DNA of 64,000 nt from Mobula birostris (Eukaryota). This document shows, piece by piece, positions 48,250 through 60,800 of this stretch; the first letter of the stretch is position 1; every line of letters starts with the position of its first letter. Below the pieces are notes generated by a model. That model was not told the DNA's origin. It did no database searches and worked only from the letters and a program-made list of their open reading frames with translations. The DNA lies in contig NC_092374.1 of assembly GCF_030028105.1 (NCBI RefSeq), forward strand, positions 185,908,638 through 185,972,637, written 5' to 3'. Position numbers and translations under genes: made by a program.

Positions 48250-50530
48250 TCATATAATGGTAGGGGACAACTTACCAGTGGGGAGCCACAGTGACCGGGT
48301 CTCTGGCACTGAGTCTGGTGTTGTGGTTCAGAAGAGCAGAGAGATGAAGAGGACTGCAGTACTGATCGGAGATTCCTTAGTCAGAGGAACAGAGACGAGG
48401 TTCTGTGGGCGTGATAGAGACACCCGGATGGTATGTTGCCTCCCTGGTGCAAGGATCAGGGATGTTTCAGATCATGTCCATAGCATTCTCAAGGATGAGG
48501 GTGAGCAGCCAGAAGTCTTGGTACATATTGGCACCAATGACATCAGCAGACAAAGTGAGGAAGTCGTGAAGACAGATTTTGGGAGGCTAAATAGAAAGAA
48601 GAGAAACAGGATGTCCAGGGAGTAATCTCTGAATTGCTGCCTGTGCCACATGCCAGTGAGGTTAAGAATAGGATGATATTGCAGATGAAAGCATGGTTGA
48701 GGAACTGGTGCAGAGGGCAGGGTTTCAGGTTTATGGATCAATGGGATCTCTCCTGGGGAAGGTATGACCTGTACAAAAGGCATGGGGTGCACCTGAACCC
48801 AAAAGGGTTGAATATCCTTGCAGACAGGTTGGCTGGAGATGATTAGGTGGGTTTAAACTAATTTGACCGGGGATGGAAATCAGAGTGATAGTGCTGAAGA
48901 TGGGCTCATTGGTTTACAGACACTCAATGTGCAGTGAGATTCCTAGCAAGGAGAGGCTGAAGGTAGGTCAAAATTGTAGTCAACTGGATGAGCTGCAAAG
49001 TAAAAGGCAGACAAATTCGAAAAAGGTGAATACAGGACTAAAGGCGATATATTTGAATGCATGCAGTACACGGAATAAGGTCGATGAACTTGTCATACAG
49101 TTCCAGATTGGCAAGAATGATGATGTGGGCATCATGGCTGAAAGAAGATTATAGTTGGGAGCTTAATATCCTGGGACACACATTGTATCAAAAGGACATA
49201 CAGGAAAGCAGAGGGGTGATGTAGATAGACAAAGAATAATTGGTTGATGTGCTATTGGATTTTCAGAAGGCCTTTGCCAAGGTGCCACACATGAGGCTGC
49301 TTAATAAGCTATGAGCCCAGGGTTTTGCAGGAAAGATTCTAGCATGGATAAAGCAGAGGATGATTGGCAGGAAGGAAAGAGTGGAAATAAAGGGAGCCTT
49401 TTCTGGTTGGTTGCAGGTGACCAGTAGTGTTCCAGAGGGGTCTGTGTTGGACTGATTCCTTTGTCAACCACGTAGATGATAGAATTGATGGCTTCGTTGC
49501 AAAGTTTCAGATGATATCAAGAAGGTGAAGAGGCAGGTCGATGAGGAAACAGGGAGGCTGCAGAATGGCAAAGAAATGGCAGATGTAATATTGTGTCAGG
49601 AAATGAATGGTCAAGTATGCACTTTGGTAGAAGAAATGAGAGTTGACCATTTTTTAAATGTAGAAAAAATACAAAAAGTGTCTAAGGCACACAGGGATTT
49701 GGGAGTCCTTGTGCAGGATTCCCAAAGGTTAATTTGCAGGATGAGTCTGTGGTGAGTAACGCAAATGTGACGTTAGCATTCATTTCGAGAGGACTGAAAT
49801 ATAACAGTAAGGATGTAATGTTGAGACTTTATAAAGCACTGGTGAGGCCTCACTTGGAGTATTGTGTGCAGTTTTGGGTCCCTTATCTTTGAAAGGATCT
49901 GCTGAGAATGGAGAGGGTTCTAAGAAAGTTCACGAAAATGATTTTAGGATTAAACAGCTTATAATATGAAGAGCGTTTGACGGCTGATAGCCTGTTTTCT
50001 CTGGATTTTAGAAGTATGAGGAGTGACCTAATTTACACCTATCGAATGGTGAAAGGTCTTGATAGAGCGGATGTGGAGAGGATGTTTCCTATAGTGCAAG
50101 TCTCTAAGACCAGAGAGCAGGTGAGAGTTAATATTAGACCACTTGAAAATGATGGTGGCGAGGTAGTAATGGGGGAAAAAAGAAACAGCAGATAAACTTA
50201 AGTACTTTGTTTCAGTGTTTATTGTGGAAGAAACTCCCCCTGTGCCAGAGATCTGTGAGTGTCAGGGAGCAGGAGTGAATGCCATTGCTATTACAAAGGA
50301 AAAAGTGCTAGGCAAACAGAAAGATCTTGAGGTAGATAAGTCACCTGGACCAGATAAACTACATTCCAGAGTCCTGAAAGAGGTTGCTGAAGAGATAACG
50401 ATGCATTAGTCATGATTGGTCATGGCATGGTCCTAGAGGACAGGAAAATTGCAAATGTCCCTTTATCATTTAAGAAGGGAGGAAGCGAACAGAGGAAATT
50501 ATAGGCCAGTTAGCCTAGTCTCAGTGGTTG
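48250..50530 (+). mobile_element. Highly fragmented CR1 (ORF1, APE and RT pieces); continues at about 51415-52290 and 54580-55970
   Basis: VLIGDSLVRG, CLPGARIRD, YLDFQKAFDKV, FADDTK fragments. Confidence 0.85.
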
Positions 50531-50564
50531 CGTAAGCATGAGGTTCAGGGTACTTGGACACTAA

Positions 50565-51411
50565 TGTCATGTACCCCGTGACAGGTTAAAGAACTAGCAG
50601 AAATGGAAAATAGCTTGGAGTCTGGTATTGCTATTAACTAATGCTATTTATTAGTAACTACACAATACACAATACAGTAATATAAAATCAGATTTATCAA
50701 ACAGGTTAGCAATGATTATATACTGTGTGTGTGTGTGTGTACACACACACACATATGTAGAAATATGAAAGCTTCTTCAAGCCTAGGGGTAAATGGATAC
50801 AGTCTTACGATGATGAGTAAAGTTCAGTTCAGTTCGTGGTATTGCGTTGAGTAGTGATGGAGAGAGAGAGGGGTTTAGCTCTTCAGGTAAGCTGACGCCG
50901 TCGATCTTCCCATTGTCCTCTGAAACTTCCAAGTTAGCCAGACTTGACCAACTTAAGAGCACCATCTTCGAGTGATAGTCTACCAAGCCAGGTGAGAGTT
51001 AGACACACTACTAGACTCCACAAGGTCACTCTTTCATGCACTAACAATCACAGATCGATACCTTGTAATTGATCCACAGTCCCACACTCGTCGGCACCTA
51101 AACAGGATAGTGGTAACTTCGCCACATTCTTGTGCGTCTGTGTGTCCCATCCTGTGAAACAAGCAATTACGCTGGTTTAAATACTGTTGTGCTGCATACC
51201 AGCTGTCCATCAAGAAGCTCCTCCCTTCTCTCTCTGTAGGAACACAGAAGCTGGAAGTGTCCTTGCAAAAGTGTAAACATGCTGCAGAGAAACCATAACA
51301 CCATCTCAAAGCAGTCTTCGCCTCTCTCTCTTAATAACAAGGTGTCTGTGTTGGACATCCCTCTTTCTTTTAAAAGCACAGTTCACAGGCATAATTCAGG
51401 ATCCTGTCACA
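50565..51411. mobile_element. Solo LTR with a 4-bp TSD (CTAA), same family as 20953-21951
   Basis: tgtcatg...tgtcaca; ctaa at 50561-50564 and 51412-51415. Confidence 0.85.
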
Positions 51412-52288
51412 CTAATGGTAAGATAACTCAATGTCAGCCTGGTTTTTATAAAGGGAAATCTTGCCTGACAAATCTGTTAGAATTCTTTGAGGAAGTAACA
51501 AGCAGGGTGGGCACAGGAGAGGCAGTGGATGGAATTTACTTAGATTTTCAGAAGGCATTTGATAAGGTGTCACACGAAGCTGCTTCACAAGATAAAATCC
51601 TATGGTGTTCCAGGAAGGTTACTGGCATGGATAGAGAAATGGCTTGACAGGCAGGAGGCAGCGAGTGGGAATAAAAGGGGCCTTTTCTGGTTGGTTGCCA
51701 GTGACTAATGGTATGCTTCAGGGGTCAGTATTGGGACCGCTACTTTTCACGTTGTCTGTCAATGATTTTGGTAGTGTAATTGATAGCTTTGTGGTAAAGT
51801 TTGCAGATGATACGAAGGTAGGTGGAGGGGTAGGTAGTGCTGAGGAAGCAATGCGATTGCAGCAGGACTTAGACAAATCGGAAGAATGAGTAAAAAAGTG
51901 GCAGATGAAATACGGTGTTGGGAAATGTATGATAATGCATTTTGGTAAGAGGAACAAAAGTGCAGACTATTCTAAATATGGAGAAAATTCAAACATCTGA
52001 GTTGCAAAGGGACTTGGGAGTCCTTGTACAAGGCTCCCAGAATGTTCATTCACAGGTTGAGTCTGTGGTAAAGAAGGTTGATTAACCTGTGCAGGGTGTA
52101 GGGAGCAGGGTTCACATTTATGGATCATTGGGATCTGTTCTGGGGAAGGTATGACCTGTACAAACAAGACGTGTTATACCTGAACCCGAGAGGGTCCAAT
52201 ATCCTTGCTGGCAGGTTGGCTAGAGTTGATTGGCTGGGTTTAAACTAATTCGACAGGGGAATGGGAACCGGAGTGATAGTGCAGAAGA

Positions 52289-53108
52289 TGAGGGGTGATT
52301 GATAGATTCATGGCCTAAGGTAGAAGGAATCAATTTTGGAAAACCTAGCACATTTATTTTTCAACATAGTCCGCTCCTACATTTACACATCTAGTCCAGC
52401 GGTCGTGGAGCATACGGATCCCTTCTTTGTAGAAGTCGGCATCTTGGACCTCCAGAAGTGGTCCACACCAGCAGTGGTTGATAAGTTTGTGGCCTGAGGT
52501 AGAAGGAGATGAGTTATACAGCTCTTGTTACGTGCATGTGCAGTTCAACTCTTTGAGTGAATATGCAGAATGTTTGAAGTTAATAACTCACCTCCTTCCA
52601 CCTCAGGCCACAAACTTATCAATCGCCCCATGCTGTGGACCACTTCTGGGGTCCAAGACGCCGACTTCTACAAAGGAGGGATCCGTATGCTCCACGACTG
52701 CCGGGCTAAGTGTGTAAATGTAGGAGGGGACTATGTTGAAAAACAAATGTGCTACGTTTTCTAAAATTGACTGCTTCTGCCTTAGGCCTGAAAGTCGTGA
52801 GTTCGAGCCCCAGCCAAGGCAACGTGTTGTGTTCTTGATCAAGGCACCTAATCACGCATTGCTCTGCGACAACACTGGTGCCAAGCTGTATGGGTCCCAA
52901 TGCCCTTCCCTTGGACAACATTGGTGTCGTGGAGAGGGGAGACTTGCAGCACGGGCAACTGCTGGTCTTCCATACAACCTTGCCCAGGACTGCGCCATGG
53001 AGAGTGAAGACTTTCCAGGCGCAGATCCATGGTCTCGCAAGACTAACGGATGCCTTTACTTACTACCTTAGGCCTACCTTAGGCCACAAACTTATCAATG
53101 ACCCCTCG
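52289..53108. mobile_element. Non-autonomous mariner element with an internal SINE (about 52777-53065)
   Basis: Same TIRs as 28067-28995; FYKGGIRMLHDCRAKCVNVGGDYVEK; inserted in a CR1. Confidence 0.8.
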
Positions 53109-53199
53109 TAGTTGGTTTACAAACAGAGGCAATGTACAGTGAGACTCCTAGCAAGGAGAGGCTGAAGATTGGGCAAAATTACAGTCAACATCGAAAAAG

Positions 53200-54575
53200 G
53201 TGAATACAGGACGACAGATTTTAAGCAACAGGAATTCTGCAGAGGCTGGAAATTCAAGCAACACACATCAAAGTTGCTGGTGAATGCAGCAGGCCAGGCA
53301 GCATCTCTAGGAGGAGGTACAGTCGATGTTTCAGGCCGAGACCCTTCGTCAGGACTAACTGAAGGAAGAGTGAGTAAGAGATTTGAAAGTGAGAGGGGGA
53401 GGGGGAGATCCAAAATGATAGGAGAAGACAGGAGGGTGAGGGATGGAGCCAAGAGCTGGACAGGTGATTGGCAAAAGGGATATGAGAGGGTCATGGGACA
53501 GGAGGCCCGGGGAGAAAGACAAGGCGGGGGGGAACCCAGAGGATGGGCAAAGGGTATAGTCAGAGGGACAGAGGGAGAAAAAGGAGAGTGAAAGAAAGAA
53601 TGTGTGCATAAAAGTAAGTAACAGATGGGGTACGAGGGGGAGGTGGGGCACTAGCGGAAGTTAGAGAAGTCGATGTTCATGCCATCAGGTTGGAGGCTAC
53701 CCAGACAGAATATAAGGTGTTGTTCCTCCAACCTGAGTGTGGCTTCATCTTTACAGTACTTATCCCTGTAAGCGGAACAAGTGCAACACATGCCCTTACA
53801 CTTCCTCCCTTACCATCATTCAGGGCCCCAGACAGTCCTTCCAGGTGAGGCGACACTTCACCTGTGAGTCGGCTGGGGTGATATACTGTGTCCGGTGCTC
53901 CCGATGTGGCCTTCTATATATTGCCGAGACCCGACGCAGACTGGGAGACCGCTTTGCTGAACACCTACGCTCTGTCCGCCAGAGAAAGCAGGATCTCCCA
54001 GTGGCCACACATTTTAATTCCACATCCCATTCCCATTCTGACATGTCTATCCACGGCCTCCTCTACTGTAAAGATGAAGCCACACTCAGGTTGGAGGAAC
54101 AACAACTTGTATTCCGTCTGGGTAGCCTCCAACCTGATGGCATGAACATCGACTTCTCTAACTTCTGCTAATGCCCCACCTCCACCTCGTACCCCATCCG
54201 TTATTTATTTTTATACACATATTCTTTCTCTCACTCTCCTTTTTCTCCTTCTGTCCCTCTGACTATACCCCTTGCCCATCCTCTGTTTCCCCCCCCCCCC
54301 GTTGTCTTTCTCCCTGGACCTCCTGTCCCATGATCCTCTCATATCTCCTTTGCCAATCACCTGTCCAGCTCTTGGCTCCATCCCTCCCCCTCCTGTCTTC
54401 TCCTATCATTTTGGATCTCCCCCTCCCCCTCCCCCTCCCACTTTCAAATCTCTTACTAACTCTTCCTTCAGTTAGTCCTGACGAAGGGTCTCGGCCTGAA
54501 ACGTCGACTGTACCTCTTCCTAGAGATGCTGCCTGGCCTGCTGCGTTCACCAGCAACTTTGATGTGTGTTGCTAC
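53200..54575. mobile_element. Penelope-like element with inverted 3' ends
   Basis: GIY-YIG ORF 53737-54171 (CNTCPY, GVIYCVRC, YIAETRRRLGDRFAEH); arms 53257-53758 and 54064-54573. Confidence 0.92.
54474..54509 (+). ncRNA. Minimal type I hammerhead-ribozyme-like motif in the Penelope pseudo-LTR
   Basis: agtc-CTGACGA-agggtctcggcct-GAAACGTC-gact: both core boxes intact, stem I agtc/gact, palindromic ACGT stem III. Confidence 0.65.
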
Positions 54576-57384
54576 AGATGTTATATTTGAATGTGTGAAG
54601 TATACAGAATAAGGTGATTACCTTGTTGTACAGTTCCAGATTGGTAAGTATGATGTAAGCATCACCGAATCATGGCTGAAAGAAGATTATAACTGGGGGC
54701 TTAATAGACAAGGACGCAGATTGTATCAAAAAGACACACAGTAAGGCAGAGGGAGTGGCATAGATAGATGAGGGAGAATCGGTTGATGTGTATTTGGATT
54801 CTCAGAAGGCTTTTGCCAAGGTGCCGTACATGAGGCTGCTAAACAAGCTATGTGCCCATGATATGACAGGAAAGACTCCAGCGTGTGTGAAGCAGTGGTT
54901 GATTAGCAGGAGACAAAGAGTGGGAATAAAGGAAGTATTTTCTGATTGGTTGCTGATGACCAGGGGTGTTCCACAGGGGTCTGTGTTGAGACCAATGCTT
55001 TGTATGTTATTTGTCAATGATTTAGATGATGGGATAGATGGTTTTGTTGCAAAGTTTGCAGACGATACAAAGATAGGTGGTAGTTTTGAGGAAATATGGA
55101 GGCTGCAGAAGGACTTAGACAGGTTCGGAAAATGGGCAAAGAAATGGCAGATAGAATATGGTGTCGGGAAGTGTATGGTCATGCATTTCAATCGAAGAAA
55201 TGAAAAGGTTGACAATTTTCTAAATGGAGAGAAAATACGAAAATCTGAGGCACACAGGGATTTGAGAGACCTTGTGCTAGATTCACTAAAGGTTAATTTG
55301 CAGGTTGAGTCTGTGGTGAGGAAGGCAAATGTGGTGTTAGCATTCATTTTGAGAGGACTAGAATATAAAAGCAAAGTTGTAATATTGAGACTTTATAAAG
55401 CACTGGTGAGGCCTCACTTGAAGTATTGTGTACAGTTCGGGCCCATAATCTTCGAAAGGATCTGCTGAAAATGGAGAGGGTTCAAAGAAGGTACACGAAA
55501 ATGATTACAGGATTAAATGACTTGTCATATGAAGAGTGTTTGATGGCTCTGTGCCTATATTCACTGGGATTTAGAAGAATGAAGGGTAACCTAATTTAAA
55601 GGTAGTGAATGGTGAAAGGTTTTGACAGAGTGGATGTGGAAAGGATGCTTCCTTTAGTGGAACTGTCTAAGACTAGAGGACGCAGCCTCAAAATAGAGGG
55701 GCATCCCTTTTGAATGGAGATAAGGAGGACTTTCTTTTGCCAGACAATGGTGAATCTGTGGAACTCTTTGCCGCAGGAAGCTGTGGAGGCCAAGTTTTTA
55801 ATGTACGTTTGTATATTCAAGGCAAAGGTTGATAGATTTTTGATTGGTCAGGGCATGAAGGGATTCAGGAAGAAGGCAGGAGTTTGGAGTTGAGAGGAAA
55901 ATTGGATCAGCCATGATGAAATGGCGGAGCAGACTCGATGGGCCAAATGGCCTAATCTTGCTTCTGTCACCCAGCAACCTCCAGTTTAACACGAGCCCAA
56001 TCACAGGACTATTTAGATTAGATTAGATTAGATTATGAGGACACGCATTCCTCTTTTATTGTCATTTAGTAATGCATGCATTAAGAAATGATACAATGTT
56101 ATTCGAGAATGATATCACAGAAACACATGACAAACCGACTTAAAAACTGACAACAACCACATAATTAAAACATATAGTTACAACAGCGCAAAGGAATACT
56201 GTAATTTGATAAAGAACAGACCATGGGCACGGTAAAAAGTCTCAGTCTCTCGAAAGTCCCATCACCTCATGCAGATGGTGAACCTCCAGCACCACAAACT
56301 TGCCGATGCAGCATCCTGGAAGCACTTGACCACAGTCCGATTCCGAGTCCGTCCAAAAATTCTGAGCCTCCGACCAGCTCTCCGACACTGAGTACCGAGC
56401 ACCATCTCTGCCGAGCTTTTTGACCCCGGCCCTGGCAACAGGCTATAGCCAAAGCTGAGGATTTGGGGCCTTCCCCTCCGCAGATTCTCGACTGCACAGT
56501 AGCAGCGGCAGTGAAGCGGGCATCTCTGAACTTTCTCCAGGTGTTCCTCCATGCTTCTCATGGCTGTCTCCATCAAATTGAATTGAATTGACTTTATTAC
56601 TTACATCCTTCATATACATGAGGAGTAAAGATCTTTACGTTACGCCTCCGTTTAAATGTGCAATATGCACTGATAGTAGTTTATAATAAATATTATGTAG
56701 AATAGGATAGTCAATATAACATAGAAATACAGTTGCTTCAGCATGAATTAATCAGTCTGATGCCCTGGTGGAAGAAGCTGTCCTGGAGCCTCTTGGTCCT
56801 GGCTTTTATGCTGCAGCACCATTTCCCAGATGGTCGCAGCTGGAACAGTTTGTGGTTGGGGTGACTTGGGTCTCAGGCCCTTTTTACACACCTGTCTCTG
56901 TAAATGTACCCACTGCTTAATAGTAGCAATAACAAGAGGGCATGTTCTGGATGACGGGGGTGCTTGATGACTGAGTTGTGCAGTGGGCTAAGCACGTGTC
57001 TGTGAGGTGTGCCAGAGTTGTTTGTCAGCGAGGTGGAGATGTTATTTCTGATCTGCACAGATGGTGGTCCTCTGGTGAGGAAGTCAATGACCCACTTGCA
57101 GAAGGAGGTACAGCAGCCCGGGTTTTGGAGTTCTTCAATCAGAACGGTGGGACTGGTTGTGTTAAACATTGAGCTATAGTCAATTAGCAGCATCCTGACA
57201 GAAATATTGGTATTGTCCAGGTGACCAAGGCTACAGATCAAGTTGCTCTACACAGCTTGGTCCTGAAACTGCAGTAAAATGTCCAGTAACTTCTGTTCAT
57301 GTAATATTATTCCTCTGCTATAGTTGTCTCACTTTCACCTGCTCTAGAGTTTAAATGATTGTATTTTCTTTTTATTCAAATCAG

Positions 57385-57690
57385 CTGAAAGGGAAGAAGT
57401 GGTTGGTGTCCTTGGTTTATCAGTTTCACTGGACCCTAATACCACCGTTGATTCCAGCAAGAATGAAATCCGTTGGACTTTCAAAGCCAGCAACAAAAGC
57501 GAATATGACATTTTGGATCACATCCCAAGTCACGCCGCATCAGAACCAAACGAACAGTTCAAGGACCGTTTACAATTCAACACTTTGAGTGGTGCACTGA
57601 CGATAAGCAGATTAAATGCCAGTGACCAAGGAGATTACACCTTCACTGTTGATGGGAAAGAGTTGAAAATAATGGAGTTGCTTGTCATTG
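57385..57690 (+). CDS. Gene B exon 2: cysteine-less IgV domain, paralog of the gene A IgV
   Basis: ttttctttttattcaaatcAG ... GTaaga; 306 bp, phase 1-1; AEREEVVGVLGLSVSLD...EIRWTF...ILDHIP...EPNEQFKDRLQF...DQGDYTFTVDGKELKIMELLVI. About 45% identical to the gene A IgV by hand alignment. Confidence 0.9.
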
Positions 57691-57894
57691 GTAAGAAGTT
57701 TCAGATATTTGTAATGTAATGTGTGATTTATTAATGGTGGAATCTGTCATAGAAACTATGATCTGTTATTTTTATTTACATCAAAGTCTAAGTAGGATAA
57801 CCTCTGCTGTGAATAAACAATTGAGTCCTTGGAGGACTTTGAAGCTGGTGATACAAGAACAGCAGAATTTCTGCTGAGAACCTGATTCTCCTCG

Positions 57895-60800
57895 CATAGA
57901 AACATAGAAAATAGGTGAAGGAGTAGGCCATTCAGCCCTTCGAGCCTGCACCACCATTCAGTATGATCATGGCTGATCATCCAACTCAGAACCCTGTACC
58001 TGCCTTCTCTCCACACCCCCGATCCCTTTAGCCATAAGGGCCATATCTAACTCTTAAATATAGCCAACGAACTGGGCTCAACTGTTTAATGTGGCAGAGA
58101 ATTCCGCAGATTCACCACTCTCTGTGTGAAGAAGTTTTTCCTCATCTCAGTCCTAAAAGGCTTCCCCTTTATCCTCAAACTGTGACCCCTCGTTCTGGAC
58201 TTCCCCAACATTGGGAACAATCTTCCTACATCTAGCCTGTCCAATCCCTTTAGAATTTTATATGTTTCAATAAGATCCCCCCTCAATCTTCTAAATTCCA
58301 GAGAGTATAAGCCTAATCAATCCAGCCTTTCATCACGTGAAAGTCCTGCCATCTCAGGAATCAATCTGATGAACCTTCTTTGTACTCAATCTATGGCAAG
58401 AATGTCTGTCCTCAGATTAGGGGACCAAAACTGCACACAATACTCCAGGTGTGGTCTCACCAAGGCCTTGTACAAGTGCAGTAGTACCTCCCTGCTCCTG
58501 TACTCGAATCCTCTTGATATGAATGCCAGCATACCATTCGCCTTTTTCACCGTCTGCTGTACCTGCATGCCCACTTTCAATGACTGGTGCACAATGACAC
58601 CCAGGTCTCGTTGCACCTCCCCTTTTCCTAATCGGCCACCATTCAGATAATAATCTGTTTTCCTGTTCTTGCCACCAAAGTGGATAACCTCACATTTATC
58701 CACATTAAATTACATCTGCCATGAATTTGCCCACTCACCTAACCTGTCCAAGTCACCCTGCATCCTCTTAGCATCTTCCTCACAGCTAACACTGCCGCCC
58801 AGCTTCGTGTCATCTGCAAACTTGGAGATGCTGCATTTAATTCCCTCGTCTAAGTTATTAATATATATTGTAAACAACTGGGGTCCCAGCACTGAGCCTT
58901 GCGGTACCCCACTAGTCACTGCCTGCCATTCTGAAAAGATCCAGTTTATTCCCACTCTTTGCTTCCTGTCTGCCAACCAATTCTCTATCCACATCAATAC
59001 CATACCCCCAATACCGTGTGCTTTAAGTTTGCACACCAATCTCCTGTGTGGGACCTTGTCAAAAGCCTTTTAAAAATCCATATATACCACATCCACTGGT
59101 TCTCCCCTATCCACTCTACTAGCTACATTCTATGAGATTCATCAGACATGATTTTCCTTTCACAAATCCATGCTGACTTTGTCCGATGATTTCACCGCTT
59201 TTGAAATATGCTGTTATCACATCTTTGATAACGGACTCTAGCATTCTCCCCACCACCGATGTCAGGCTAACCAGTCTATAATTCCCCGGTTTCTTTCTCC
59301 CTACTTTTTTAAAAAGCGGGGTTACATTAGCCACCCTCCAATCCTCAGGAACTAATCCAGAATCTAAAGAGTTTTGAAAAATTATCACTAATGCATCAAC
59401 TATTTCTTGGGCTACTTCCTTAAGCACTCTGCAATGCAGACCATCTGGCCCTGGGGATTTATCTGCCTTTAATCCCTTCAATTTACCTAACACCACTTTC
59501 CTACTAACATGTATTTCCCTGAAAACGTAAACATGAGGAATTCTGCAGATGCTGGAAGTTCAAACCACACACATCAAAGTTGCTGGTGAACGCAGCAGGC
59601 CAGGCAGCATTTCCAGGAAGAGGTACAGTCGATGTTTCGGGCTGAGTGTCCTGATGGAGGGTCTCGGCCCGAAACGTCAACTGTACCTCTTCCTAGAGAT
59701 GCTACCTGGCCTGCTGCATTCACCAGCAACTTTGACGTGTGTTGCTTGTATTTCCCTCATTTCCTCCATCTCACTAGACCCTCGGTCTCCTACTATTTCC
59801 GGAAGATTATTTACGTCCTCCTTAGTGAAGACAGAACCTAAGTAGTTATTCAATTGGTCTACCAGGTCCTTGCTCCCCATGATCAATTCACCTGTTTCTG
59901 ACTGTAAGGGACCTACATTTGTCTTAACCAATCTTTTTCTTTTCACATATCTATAAAAGCTTTTACAGTCAGTTTTTATGTTCCCTGCCAGCTTTCTCTC
60001 ATAATCTTTTTTCCCTTTCCTAATTAATCCCTTTGTCCTCCTCTGCTGGACTCTGTACTTCTCCCAGTCCTCAGGTGTGCCACTTTTTCTGGCTAATTTG
60101 TTTGTTTCTTCTTTTGAATTGATACTATCCCTAATTTCCCTTGTCAGCCATGAGTGCACTACCTTCCCTGGTTTATTATTTTGCCAAACTGGGATAAACA
60201 ATTGTTGTAGTTCATCCATGCAATCTTTAAATGCTTGTAATTGCATATCCACCGTCAACCCTTTAAGTATCATTTGCCAGTCTATCTTAGCTAATTCACC
60301 TCTCATACCTTCAAAGTTACCCTTCTTTAAGTTCAGAACCTTTGTTGCTGAATTAACTATATCACTCTCCATCTTATTGAAGAATTCCACCATATTATGG
60401 TCACTCTTACCCAAGGGGCCTTGCACGACAGGATTGCTAACTAACCCTTCCTCATTGCTCAATACCCAGTCTAGAATGGCCTGCTCCTAGTTGGTTCCTC
60501 GACATGTTGGTTCAAAAAACTATCCCACATACATTCCAAGAAATCCTCTTCCTCAGCACCTTTACCAATTTGCTTCACCCAGTCTATATGTAGATTGAAG
60601 TCTCCCATTATAACTGCTGTTCCTTTATTGCACGCATTTCTAATTTCCAGTTTAATGCCATCCCCAACCTCACTACTACTGTTAGGTGGCCTGTACACAA
60701 TTTCCACCAGTGTTTTCTGCCCCTTAGTGTTATGCAGCTCTACCCATATTGATTCTACATCCTCCTGGCTAATGTCCTCCCTTTCTATTGCATCAATCTC

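Noticed and set aside
52570-52764. SETMAR-like transposase peptide
   Set aside because: Only a short, degenerate C-terminal piece between TIRs; not a domesticated gene.
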